64,000 nucleotides of DNA from Lama guanicoe (Eukaryota). Where the stretch lies: the NCBI GenBank assembly GCA_013239625.1, contig MU054338.1, positions 250,001-314,000 of the forward strand. Direction: 5' to 3'. A program made the position numbers and the translations under genes. Positions 10,701 through 21,260 of this stretch are shown here, one piece after another. Numbering within the stretch: the stretch's first letter is position 1; each line of letters begins with the position of its first letter. Below the pieces are notes generated by a model. That model worked only from the letters and a program-made list of their open reading frames with translations. It made no database searches and had not been told where the DNA came from.

Positions 10701-12702
10701 CGAGAAGCAGCCATTAGTGGGGCTTGAGTGGGGGCGGGGACCCCGGGGAGAAAGACTTAACCCTAGCCAGACCTGTTTCCCTACCTGAGAAATGGGACTG
10801 CGGGGGGTGGTAATCCCTGGTTCGGAGGGCTCGGGCTGTGGAAGGCCCCCTCTCCAGGAAATGAGCCTCAGACCAGGCCGATGCCGCGCCCTCCCCGACG
10901 CCTCCTCCGGGGAGGTCCTGGCAGGCACCGGGAACAGACGCTGCCCGTCCTCCCCAGACCCGCGCCTGGACGGGGTGGAGCCCCCCGGGCTGACGCAGCT
11001 GGCCCCCCACCGGCCTTCCCAGAAACGCGCGTAAATCAGGAAACAGACGTCAGCCCGAGCGGGTGGCCCAGCTGCGGAGCGAGAACCGGACCGGGGGTGG
11101 AAGCCTTTTTCTGGACCTCCAGATATCGGGCGGAGACCCTCTCCCCGCCCACACTGAGCCCCACCCCTCGACAGAGGCCCCCGCCCCAGAAGCAGTAGCG
11201 AGCCCTGGTCCACTCGGGCTATGGCTGAATCTCACCCCTAACGGATCCTGACCCTATACCACAAACCAGTCCCCTGCCCCATGCGCCTGGACTCCGGACC
11301 GCCCCCCTCTCCGGCCCGGCCTCTATCCCTCATAACAGGAGGTGGGGGCGCGAGGGCTTCGAGGACCTCGGGCCTCCGCCGCGCGCCGCAGCCCACGCGT
11401 GCGTCCTTGTGTCCACAGATTCGTGCGAAGGCGTGGAGTGCGGCCCCGGCAAGACCTGCCGCATGCTGGGGGGCCGTCCACGCTGCGAGTGCGCGCCCGA
11501 CTGCGCGGGGCTCCCGGCGCGCCTGCAGGTCTGCGGCTCGGACGGCGCCACCTACCGCGACGAGTGCGAGCTGCGTGCCGCGCGCTGCCGCGGCCACCCG
11601 GACCTGCGCGTCATGTACCCGGGCCGCTGCCGCAGTACGTTGGAGCCGGGCCTGCGGGAGGGGTGGGGCCCCCGGGCCTGAGTGTCCTGTGAGAGGCCGC
11701 CGCTACAGCACGTCGGGGCGGGGCCCGAAGGGCGGGGCGCGAAGCAGGGCCGCCCAGACCTGCGTGTGCTCTACCGGCGATGCTGCCGCAGTGCGTGGGG
11801 GCGGGGGCCTTGGCAGGAAGGGGGCGATGTCTACAGCCCAGGGGCCTATGATAGGTCTCGCTGACTTGGGCGGGGCTTACGGTAGGCGGCGCCTAGATGG
11901 CGAGCGCGTGGGCGGAGCCTAGCAAAGGGAGTCTGTACTTCCAAGACAGTGTCACTGGATTAGGTCTTTTTTTTTTAATTGACGTATAGTCAGTTTACAA
12001 TGTTGTATCAACTTCTGGTGTACAGCTGCATTAGGTCTTTTGTGGGGTCGGGAATGAGGAAGAGTCGGGTTCAGGTTTGGAAAGGGGGGTTCTGGGCCTC
12101 ATGGGGCGAGAGATATAGGTGTCTCGAAGGGGCTTGTTGGTGCAGTCAGAGGGAGCGGAGGACTGATGGTGGATCTTGAGGGTGTAGGCGTGGCTCGCGC
12201 AGGGGATCTGGTGCAACCAGGGGGGCGGGTCTGAGAGGGGGACCTGGTGTGGGCGGGGTCTCAGCGGGGGTGGTGCCTGGGGCCGAGCCCGGACCTTGAC
12301 TCGCCCCGGCGCCCCCCCCCCACAGAATCGTGCGCGCACGTGGTGTGCCTGCGGCCGCAGTCATGTGTGGTAGACCAGACGGGCAGCGCACACTGCGTGG
12401 TGTGTCGCGCGGCGCCCTGCCCCGCGCCCTCCAGCCCTGGCCAGGAGCTCTGTGGCAACAACAACGTCACCTATATGTCCTCGTGCCACCTCCGCCAAGC
12501 CACCTGCTTCCTGGGCCGCTCCATTGGCGTGCGCCACCCGGGCAGCTGTGCAGGTGCGGCACGGGGCGGGGAGCAATGGCGGAGTCTAGCCCCCAGCGCC
12601 TCTCCGCGCCCCCGTTTCACTTTTCATCCCTCCCGTTCTGCAGGCACCCCCGAGCAGTTAGATGCCGAGTCGGAGGAGGAGGAGGAGGAGAACTTTGTGT
12701 GA
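7650..12702 (+). CDS. FSTL3: Follistatin-like 3; join(7650..7752,9101..9286,11419..11634,12326..12553,12644..12702), 263 aa
   Basis: Signal peptide [22 protein letters not shown]-domain [14 protein letters not shown], two follistatin/Kazal domains ([20 protein letters not shown]), acidic tail EEEEEENFV. All introns GT-AG and phase 1; exons sum to 792 nt with an open frame. Confidence 0.97.
9101..9286 (+). CDS. FSTL3: FSTL3 exon 2 (N-terminal domain)
   Basis: Acceptor ccacag|GT, translates GVCWLQQ...HCLPCK, donor G|GTGAGA. Confidence 0.96.
11419..11634 (+). CDS. FSTL3: FSTL3 exon 3 (follistatin domain 1)
   Basis: Acceptor ccacag|AT, translates [11 protein letters not shown]...YPGRCR, donor A|GTACGT. 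Confidence 0.96.
11971..12029 (-). mobile_element. Extremely 5'-truncated L1 3' end with 12-bp TSD in FSTL3 intron 3
   Basis: Poly-T then AATTGACGTATAGTCAGTTTACAATGTTGT...CTGGTGTACAG (artiodactyl L1 3'UTR-like); ATTAGGTCTTTT at 11959-11970 and 12030-12041. Confidence 0.75.
12326..12553 (+). CDS. FSTL3: FSTL3 exon 4 (follistatin domain 2)
   Basis: Acceptor ccacag|AA, translates SCAHVVC...HPGSCA, donor G|GTGCGG. Confidence 0.96.
12644..12702 (+). CDS. FSTL3: FSTL3 exon 5 coding part (acidic tail, stop)
   Basis: Acceptor ctgcag|GC, translates [18 protein letters not shown] then TGA. Confidence 0.93.
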
Positions 12703-13861
12703 GCCCGTGGGGCCGGCCTGGGCCTGGCGTTCAAGGCTTTCCCGTTTTATTTATTGCCACAGCAGAGTCTAATTTATGTCCCACGGACACGTCCCAGAGC
12801 CTGGACCGCGACCATTTCGGAAGCCCTGGTGCCCGCCCTCCCCACTTGACGACACTTGGAAGAATTGAGGGAAAGAGGCCTGGGAGCAGGGCTGGTGGGA
12901 GGGGCCTCACCCCAGGCCCCCGGATCCCACGCTTCTACTCCCTTGGGGGTAACTCTGTTAATTATCACTGCCACCAAGAGGGCTGGGGATTCCCTGCCAG
13001 CAGTTAATGAAGCAGCACCCTGGCCTTCTAGAACAGGGACCAGGGGGTGAGGAGGTGATTCGCAGCCTGGGTGTGTGTAGCTGAGCATGCCCAGATCCCC
13101 CAGACAGGCCAAGGAAGCAACCACTGTCCCCCACCAGCCCAAGGGTACCCAAGGGGCTTACCTTCCCCCTGCCTCCAATTCCCCCATATGTCCTGTGAAG
13201 TCCCCTGAGAGAAATCTAGCTTGATCCCAGGGCCAGGGGCACTGTCTGTGCCTCCTGACACAGGCCTTGGTCGTGAAGCAGCCAGCATCCACCCAAAGCA
13301 GGGCATCATGTCCAGCGGTGCCCAGTTCTCTTGGCGTGGGACCTGGTGGGGCCTACAAGCCCCTGCTCACCCACTGGCCCAGGGTAGGGTGTAGATGACA
13401 AGATCCACCGCACACCCGGCCCCCCGGAGCAGTGTGTCCAAGGGGCATCCCCAGTGCCTGCTGCCCTGTCCACAGATGTGGTCCAGACCTAGGACCCCTC
13501 AGTCCCTCGTGTCCTGCCCTGGCCAGGCCTCTAGGCCCAGTTCCCAGGACCCTCCCTGCCTGCCAGCTGGATGCTGGCCTTGGGCCGATTTACTCCATCC
13601 AGTTCGCTCCATCCGATAACCTGGGCTCTTGCTGCATCCCCTGCCTGTGCCTGTGTGTAGACTAGGTGCTCAGACAGGAGGGGGGTGCCAAGCTCCTCAA
13701 GTTTGGAGCGAGGGCAGGGGGGCAGCGGTGCTCATCCTCCCAGCTTCCAGGAAGTGCCTTACCTGTGACACCCAGAAAAGTGCCCTTGAGTAGCGGGTTC
13801 ACCCGAGCCGCCGGACAAGGCAACCTCCCCTGCCCTGGGGTCCTGCCTCGCCTGCCAAAGG

Positions 13862-13867
13862 AATAAA
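13862..13867 (+). terminator. Probable FSTL3 polyadenylation signal
   Basis: AATAAA about 1.16 kb after the stop, followed by GT/T-rich sequence. Confidence 0.75.
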
Positions 13868-14374
13868 CACTGAAAAAGTCACTTTGGGTGTCCAGGCCTT
13901 GGTTTGCCCCTCTCTCTGAGACTCTGTGTGCCCCACTTTGGTAGGGGGTTACCAGCCAGGGGCCTGGGGTGCCATTAGGGTGTTGCATGGGGTTTCTGGA
14001 AACATCCAGAGGAGTGACATGGGCATATGTCCTTGGGACAGCTGCTACCAGTCCCTGGGCCTCAGTGCCTGCCCTCAGGCAGTGGGCAGAGCTGGGGGAG
14101 GGGGAGACAAGTAGTGGAGAGGGTCTTCACCTCATGGGGCCGGGGAGGGAAAGGGAGGTCAAGATGACTGAGGGCAGCCCAGGAAGCCACCTGGCTTAGG
14201 GTCCAGAAACAGAGGCATGGGAGGATGGAGGGGCCCCAGGTCCTGTGGCTCAAGGTCTCTCAGGGAGGGAGTGGCAGAATAGGACCCTAGGCCACATGGA
14301 GGCCAAGGAGAGGCTTGGAGGAATATGGGTGGGCCCGGGAGGAAGACCATGACGTCTGGTTAGTTAGTTGACAT

Positions 14375-14380
14375 TTTATT
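14375..14380 (-). terminator. Probable PRSS57 polyadenylation signal
   Basis: TTTATT on + (AATAAA on -) about 220 nt after the stop. Confidence 0.75.
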
Positions 14381-14601
14381 TGGTTATCTTGCCCTTTTTG
14401 TTTGGAACTGATGCCCCCCCGACTCGCCCCACCACCACCAGGCTTCCCAGGGTTTGCGGACCCCATGGACCCTCTGCCCCAGCCATGGAATTTTCCAGGC
14501 CAGAGCTATTTGCATCATTAGCCCTCTCATTCGTGTACTCAGTGCTGCTGTGGTTCAGGCCACTCCTGCAGGGACCCAGGTGGTCCTGGGTCGGGGCTGG
14601 G

Positions 14602-14766
14602 CTAGCGGCCATGCGAGCCCTGTTGAACCACATCCCAGATCCAGGTCACGAAGGCCGACACTTGCGTGTACACGTCGGGGGTCTTGGGGTCGCCGCACCA
14701 GAGGCCAGAGAAGGAGACAAGTCCGTGAGCCCGATTTCTGCACACCAGGGGTCCCCCAGAGTCCGC
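14602..14766 (-). CDS. PRSS57: PRSS57 exon 5 coding part (catalytic Ser, stop)
   Basis: Acceptor ttccag|[12 protein letters not shown]...[13 protein letters not shown] then TAG. Confidence 0.94.
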   Translation of the reverse strand, partial: ADSGGPLVCRNRAHGLVSFSGLWCGDPKTPDVYTQVSAFVTWIWDVVQQGSHGR

Positions 14767-17700
14767 CTGGAAGAGAAGGCCAAGGTGAGGTCAGGGTCCC
14801 TCTCTAGACTTCACTTTCCTTGAAGGAGCTGATACGTGTAAGTCTGATCAGGATCCTCCTTGCCTCAAAACCCTTCCGTGACTCCCTAGTGCTCTTACAG
14901 GAAAGACTAAACTCCTCACTGCAGCCCTCAAGGCCTTGAAGATCCAGCCCCTACACACCTGTCTGCCCTCCTCTCCCCCTCTCACTTGGTTCCAGCCGTG
15001 CCAGCCTGCCTTGCTGTACCTGCAGCAAACCAAGCTCACTCCGATCTCTAGGCTTTTGCATATCCTTGAGGCCTGTTACTGCCCCCTCCTGGACACCACT
15101 GGTATAGGTACATAAGGCTGCAGCACCCTGTGCAGTGCACGACCTGCACAGCTGTCCACGGCAACCCTGTGACTGGTCTCTCTGCCTGGCATGCCTTCCC
15201 TCAGATCTTCTCAAGGCTCCTCCAAGTCTCAGCTCAAAGGAGCCCTCCTCAGAGAGGCCTCCCTGAATACTCACCCTGAAATCCCTGCTTTCTTCTCTCC
15301 CTTCACTTCCCCAGACCTATTTTCCTAATTGTCATCTGGAATCAGCTCTGAACCTGTGAAGCAGGTACTATTAGTGTGGCAGTTTTACAGATGGAGAAAG
15401 TGAGGTCCTGAGAAATGAGGTGACTTTTCCTAGACCGCACATCTAGGAAGTGGCTCAGTCTGAATTTAGACCCAGGAAGCTGGGCTCCAGAATCTGAACC
15501 ACTGTACTCTGTTGGCTGGAACAGAAGACCCCCCCACCCCCAGCTGAGTTTCTCTGTCCACACCAGGGCCAAATTTGCCATTAATACATACAGGGTCTTA
15601 GAAGCAGGAGTTTCTTCCTTGAGATCTGTTATTGCCTCCTACTGAACACTGCTTTTAAATACACAAATTGATAGCAATTTGTGCAATGCGCAACCTGCAC
15701 AGCCATACATGGCAGCCTTATGACCCTGGGCAAGTCGCTGGCCTTCCATGGCCTCGGGCAAGGCCCACCTGGTCACAAGTGAGCTGGGACTTAGCCCCCA
15801 AGGCTCTGCCCAGCTCTGATCCTCTCTGTGGACCTCATTTTCCCCAGACAGGAGTCAGGCAGGCAGAGAGTATCTTACCGAGCAGAAGCCGCGCCGCTGG
15901 TGGTCCTCACTGCGGGTGCAGAGCATGGCAGGGCTCAGCTGCCCCCTCCAGGAGCTGTTGCAGACGTCCAGGCCCAGCACGCGGACCTCGGCCTCCATCA
16001 GCCCAGGTGGCAGCTCCTCAAAGTCGGACACGGAGCCCCAGCCGGCCACCTTGCACCGTGTCCCGGCCCTGAGAGGCCTGGCACCCCTCCGCGGCAGCCT
16101 CAGCAGCCCCACTGCGGGACCCAAGACGGCAGAGCGGTTCAGCTGCAGGGAGAGGGCTGGGTTTAGGACTTCGCCCAGCCACCCACCACTCCTATCTTTT
16201 TACCTTTCTGGGACACCTGGTCTCTTCTTGGCCTCATGGAGAGAAATCAGTGGTGGCCATCACTGGGCTGTTAGAGAGCCCTGCTGCTTTTGCCACCATG
16301 GGCCCCCACCCATCAAGCCTCATCTCCCTCAAACCAGGACTCTGGCCTCCCCCAGCCTCCAGGCCTCCAGGCTCACCCCCCTCAGCTGCCCAAAGGGTCT
16401 TTCTAGCAAGCATCTTCCCTGATCTAAGCCCTCCCTCCTCCAGCTCCTCGTTGCCCTCAAGATAAAGCCTCTCGGCCCTCCCCTCCAGCCAGAATAAATT
16501 GACTGCCATCCCCCAGCCCACTGCCACACTTGCTCACACTGCAACACTGTAATCTCTTGGCTGGAACAGAAGACCCCTTCAGGCCGAATCTCTCAGCAGT
16601 GCCATCCCTATTCAGGTTTCAGCTTAGACACCACTTCCTCCAGGAAGCTTTCCCAGACTGCCAGGCTAGAACAGACACCTCCTCTGGGCTCCCACGTGCC
16701 CCTGTGAAGGCTGGTTTACCCAGCTGCCACCCTGTTAGACTGGGGGTTTCCATGGGGCAGCCTGGGGGCTGTTTGTTCATGGCTGTGTCCCTGCTGCCTA
16801 GCACACAGCTGGTGCTCAGTCAACAGTTATGGAAGGATGATTCAGGCCCCTGTTGTGGGTACTCCCTGACCTTAGGCACATCCCTGATCACCCCAGCCTC
16901 GGTATCACCTCTGCAGCACCGGACGGGTGAACCAGAGCAGGGGGCCCAGCCTTTGGGATTTCACATGCGAGCTTTGGCCGCCTACACTCGCTGCCCTCTT
17001 TGTATTTTGCTGCGAGAGCACCGCACCCCAGACCCTCCTGTTCCCAGGGGCCCGTGTCTGTCCTATGGATCATCTCTCCTGTTTGATTTTTCACCACATT
17101 TTGAGAGCAGTTTGGGGATGTTCTCTCTTTCAAGTAGAAGCCTCGGAGTGCCTGAAATTGAATTTGGGGCTCCTGGATGGGAGCTGCGGGAGGGGTGGTC
17201 CCCTGAGCAGGAGGGGCCACGTGGGGTCCAAATAGATGCACAGCTGTAGGCAGGGAGGAAAGCCACACAGAGGCCTGGGGAGGGGGAAGAGGGTGGGGTC
17301 TTTGGTGGCCCTAGAGTCTCATTTGTCAACTTTTTCAGCATGAACATTGAGCACCTGCGGGGTACCATGACTGGCCTTAAGCGAGAGCAAAATCCCTGCC
17401 CTCAAGGCTGGCAGGAGGCAGCGAACAACAGTGATGGAGCCAGTGGTGCAGGTGCTGCTAACAGGAGTGGGCAGTGCTGACACCGGAGAGGTGGGGTTAG
17501 ATGAAGAGATGGGAGATGCGGCAGAGCAGAAGGTGACAACTGAGCAAAGACTTGGAAGCCACGCAGAGTCTGGGGATGGGTGCACCAGGAGGGGCACGGC
17601 CAGTGAAAAGGCCCAGGGGTGGGAGCCTATTGGGAATGCTGGCAGCTCAACGAGGAGGGTGTCTGGGGGCCGAGGGGGAAAGCGTGGGAGGCGTGGAGGG

Positions 17701-18994
17701 CAGAGGGATGTGACCCGACTGTTTCCAGGTGTCTTTAAAACAGGTCAGGCCATTGCAGGGTGGTAGGGACAGGCTTCCCGCCCCCAGGAAGCTCACCTGC
17801 AGCAGACAGATGTCACTGGCATGAGTCGTGGGCTGGTAGTCGGGATGCGTGACAGCAGCCGAGATGCTGAACACCTGCTGTGTGGCCTCTGATGTGTTCA
17901 GGGCGTGGGCCCCCAGCACCACCAGGCCCATGTGGGGGTCTCTGCAGGTGGGGAGGGAGCGCTGTGAGCGAGACTGGGGTGAGGGCTGCCCAGCATGGGC
18001 CTTGGTGTCCCTCCATCTGTGAAACCGGATTGGGGGGAGCGGGGGTGGGGGAGCAAATCCGTTTAATCCTCCTGCCAGCTGAGATGATAAGCATTGCATT
18101 TATTACCATTCCCACCTTGATGATGGAATTAACTCCAATCACTGCTATGCTAATTACAATGCTGATAAACATACACTGAGAGTATCACACTCACTATATT
18201 TATATTTACTATAATTCCCACCTTAACTGTAGTCTTGCCTCCAGTGATTGCAGCATTAATGTTGGTGACAGCACAGCGGACTCACAATGAACGTGCCAGT
18301 TGTAGCGCCGTGGGCACAGCGGCTGCTCCTCCTGTGTTTCTCCTGCTGCCCCCACCCCACCATTGTCTGGTAAAATGGGCCCAGCTCAGACTTCCCTCTG
18401 CACCAGCCCCCGTCCCACCCGGAGCGGGTGGGAGGAGGACCTGGGCCGGGGCTCACCGGTGGCTGAAGCAGTGGGCAGCCGAGATGACCCAGCGCGGCCG
18501 CAGCAGGAAGCCCCCGCAGTGGTGCTGGCCCTCGAAGCTCACAGACGCCATGTAGGGTCGGGAATGGGGGGTCACCTCGTGGCCCCCGACGATCCGTGCC
18601 CCCCAGGAGCTCGCAGGCAGGGGTGGGCTGGGGAGAAGGGCTGATGGAGCCCGCTCAGTTGCCGGCTGGGCTGGGGGAGAAAGGGGCAGAGATGGAGAGA
18701 TGCAGAGCAGGGCCTGGAGTTTGCTCGGAGTGGGTCCCGACCTCACAAAACCGGGCCTGGGCCTGACCAAGACTCCAGCTGGTCCTCCTGCCCCACTCCC
18801 AGTGGAGACCTTAGAGAACAGCCTTCTGGGGGATTGAATGGCTGCATCAGGCAGGGGCCCGCATGGGTGTACCTGGGGTTTCCCGGGCTTGGGCGGGGCA
18901 ACAGGGGCGCCTCACCTGGGGGCCTCATGGGCAGCACCAGGGCAGTTGTCACAGCCAGCAGCAGGCAGTCCAGGCCTCCCACCCTGGGCCCCAT
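14602..18994 (-). CDS. PRSS57: Serine protease 57 / neutrophil serine protease 4; complement(join(14602..14766,15879..16142,17797..17941,18457..18610 or 18640,18916..18994))
   Basis: [17 protein letters not shown] mature N-terminus; catalytic triad in AAHC, SDICLL and GFCSADSGGP; NSP4-type SFSG and PDVY motifs; five-exon granule-protease layout. The exon-2 acceptor is non-canonical (see findings). Confidence 0.93.
14840..15290 (+). mobile_element. L2 fragment; one of many L2/MIR relics (others at about 280-400, 31120-31530, and MIR at 880-965, 8020-8185, 15365-15510)
   Basis: CTCAAAACCCTTCC...AAACTCCTCAC...AGTCTCAGCTCAAA...CTCCTCAGAGAGGCCTCCCTGA; MIR cores GAAACTGAGGC and CCTCAGTTTCC recur throughout. 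Confidence 0.65.
15115..15169. mobile_element. MER91-like hAT fragment nested in an L2; a similar fragment lies at about 15679-15720
   Basis: TGTGCAGTGCACGACCTGCACAGCTGTCCACGGCAACCCTG resembles the MER91 terminus. Confidence 0.5.
15879..16142 (-). CDS. PRSS57: PRSS57 exon 4
   Basis: Acceptor ctgcag|[11 protein letters not shown]...VAGWG...RGFCS, donor |GTAAGA. Confidence 0.94.
17797..17941 (-). CDS. PRSS57: PRSS57 exon 3 (catalytic Asp)
   Basis: Acceptor ctgcag|[13 protein letters not shown]...SDICLLQ, donor |GTGAGC. Confidence 0.94.
18457..18610 (-). CDS. PRSS57: PRSS57 exon 2 (IVGG, catalytic His); 5' boundary uncertain (18610 or 18640)
   Basis: SWGARIVGG...AAHCFSHR; donor CG|GTGAGC. Confidence 0.88.
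18916..18994 (-). CDS. PRSS57: PRSS57 exon 1 (signal peptide)
   Basis: GCCATGG start, [26 protein letters not shown], donor G|GTGAGG. Confidence 0.9.
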
Positions 18995-20184
18995 GGCTGT
19001 CACAGGCTGGCGTCTCCCTTGAGAGCTCCGCAGGCCACAGCCCCCACCCTCTCTAACGGCCCAGAAAGGGGGAACTGGGCTGTGGCCTGTGGTCAGAGGC
19101 CCTGGCCCCGCCAGCAACGCCCAGTTCTGAACTGGTCCTGCCTTGGGGCTGTGGGTGGTAACCACACTGCATGGAGGCCAGGAGCCAGGGCAGTGGGGGA
19201 CAGCAAGGGGGCTCTGGCTGCCTGGCCGTGTGACCCCAGAGGTCCCTCTGCTCTCCGTGCCTCAGTTTACCCAGCACGTCCCTGCTGAGAGTGTGCGGAC
19301 CTTCCCACAGCACCTGGTATGCAGTTGGCTGCTGCCTCTCAGGGTTGGGAGCCAGCTCTCCGATTGAAGGAGGTAGGGTTCCAGCCCTGCCTGTCACTGC
19401 CTGAACCTGCTTCCCCACGTGCAACCCCATTCCCTGGGAAGCCCTGTGGTCACTGCTGCGTTTGTTGCATGTACTGAGTGTCTGCTGTATACCAGCCTCT
19501 AGTAGGTGCTGGAGATGGCTCACGGCAGTGTCAAGGCCCCCGCCGTCGCGGTGCTGACAGTTTTCAGGGTTGGGGGCACAGAGGCGGTGATCTGGGTCCA
19601 TGGCTGAAGCAGGCACTGGTGACTCGAGAATACCAGGATTGTGGGGGTCAGTTCAGGGCCTTGAAGGAGGGGCTCAGGGGCTTCTCCTGTGGGGCGTGGG
19701 GAGCTGTGGAGGCTTTGGAGCAGGGAGGGAGTGGCAGGGCCTCGGGAGCCTGGGGACAGGCGGGTCGGAGGCTGTGTGCCGCTTGGGAGAGGCTTTGCTG
19801 AGGCCTTGTGCCTCCTCGCCTGTCTGTCATGAAGGAGGAGGCACAGCAGAATGTCCAGGAAGCAGGGGTCCCCGCACCACATCTGGGAGAAGGACCGGGG
19901 GCTGGGGCTCACCCTGCAGAGAGAGGGTGGCCAGGGTCACGGTTAGGGGCAGAGAGAGGGTGGGCCGGTGATGCCCACCGTGGGACAGAGGCTGCAGGGC
20001 GCTGGGCTGCACACATCTTGGAGCCTCGGAATGTCTCACATGAGGCCCCTCGCCAGGCCTGGGGAACCACAGCGGCCCCCGTCAGAGCATCACCCAGAAG
20101 CATGACTGCAGGTGCAGAGCGGGTCCCTCCTGGGCAGGGTGTGGGGTCGACAGAGAAGGAGGGTGGAGCTGGAGGTGGGGAGAG

Positions 20185-20265
20185 ACCCAGGGACAGAGAC
20201 AGAGAGAGAGACAGAGAGGCAGAGATAGAGTAAGAGAGAGAGAGGCAGAGGGAGAGACAGAGGAA
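20185..20265. repeat. (GA/GACA)n purine microsatellite
   Basis: Directly visible. Confidence 0.85.
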
Positions 20266-20814
20266 TAACAGGAATTACAGTAATGATGATCATGGCTGGA
20301 GGCCTCCCCAGCTCCAGGCTTTGTCCTGAGCCTGTTCACCAGCCTGGATCCTTCCCTTCCCTCCGAGGTGGGGTTGCCCTGCCTGGTCCAGCCAGCCAGG
20401 CCACCCCAAGGAGCTGGGGGTCTTGGGGTCTGGCTGGGCATCACACAGCAGGCAGGGCACAGTCGCATACGTTGTGTGGAGGAAAGCCAGTGGACTCAGC
20501 GTGGTCCAGCTTGGGCCCCAGGACCACCCTGAAGGTGCTGAGGCTCCTGCTGCCAGAGGTGCAGGCATGGGCTGCTGAGGCTGGAGCCCTCCAAACCTGC
20601 AGCCCACCCCTCAGGCAGCCACTCGCCAGGCCACCTCATGGTGCTCAGCACCCTGGCAGCCGCAGGAGGCGTCACACAGACGTGTTTCTCCCTGGCCGTA
20701 GGGGCACAATCCCACCTTTCAGGGTCCCTGTGGGGCAAGGTGGGTGAGCAAGGGCCTTCCACTGAACCCCTGAATATCGCCAGGCTCTCACACATGCCCG
20801 GCACTTGTGAGTGA

Positions 20815-21260
20815 CTGTGAGTCTCCTGCCACTGCTGTAACGACCACCACAAACTTCGTGGCCTCAAACCACACAGATTGATTCTCCGATAGTCCTCGCG
20901 TCAGGAGTCCTGCTCGGGCCTCATGGGGCTCAATCCAGGCATGTGCAGGGGCTGGTCCCTCCGGAGGCTCCAGGGAGAAGCGGCTCCTGCCTCTTCCAGC
21001 TTCTAGAGGCGCTGCATCCCTGGCCCCCGGCCCCTCCCTCCATCCTCACCGCCAGCAGCGCAGCATCTCCCATCTCTCTCTGACTCTGACCCCCCACCTC
21101 CCACTGATGAGGACCCTGTGATGACACCAGGACCCCTAGGAATCCAGGGTCACCTCCATCCCAGGGATCTTAACTTAATCCCCACTGCAGAGTCCCTTCT
21201 GCCGTGAGAGGGGTCTGGGGACTAGAACGGGACATCGTGGGGCGGTATTTAGCCAACCTC
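20815..21260 (-). mobile_element. MLT1 solo LTR, GC-shifted
   Basis: CTGCTGTAACGACCACCACAAAC...GGAGGCTCCAGGGAGAAG...CTTAACTTAATC...TGCAGAGTCCCTT. Confidence 0.75.

Noticed and set aside
14602..18994. Calling PRSS57 a definite pseudogene
   Set aside because: No frameshift or internal stop, an intact triad and promoter motifs, and an in-frame alternative acceptor exists. Kept as CDS with a flagged anomaly.
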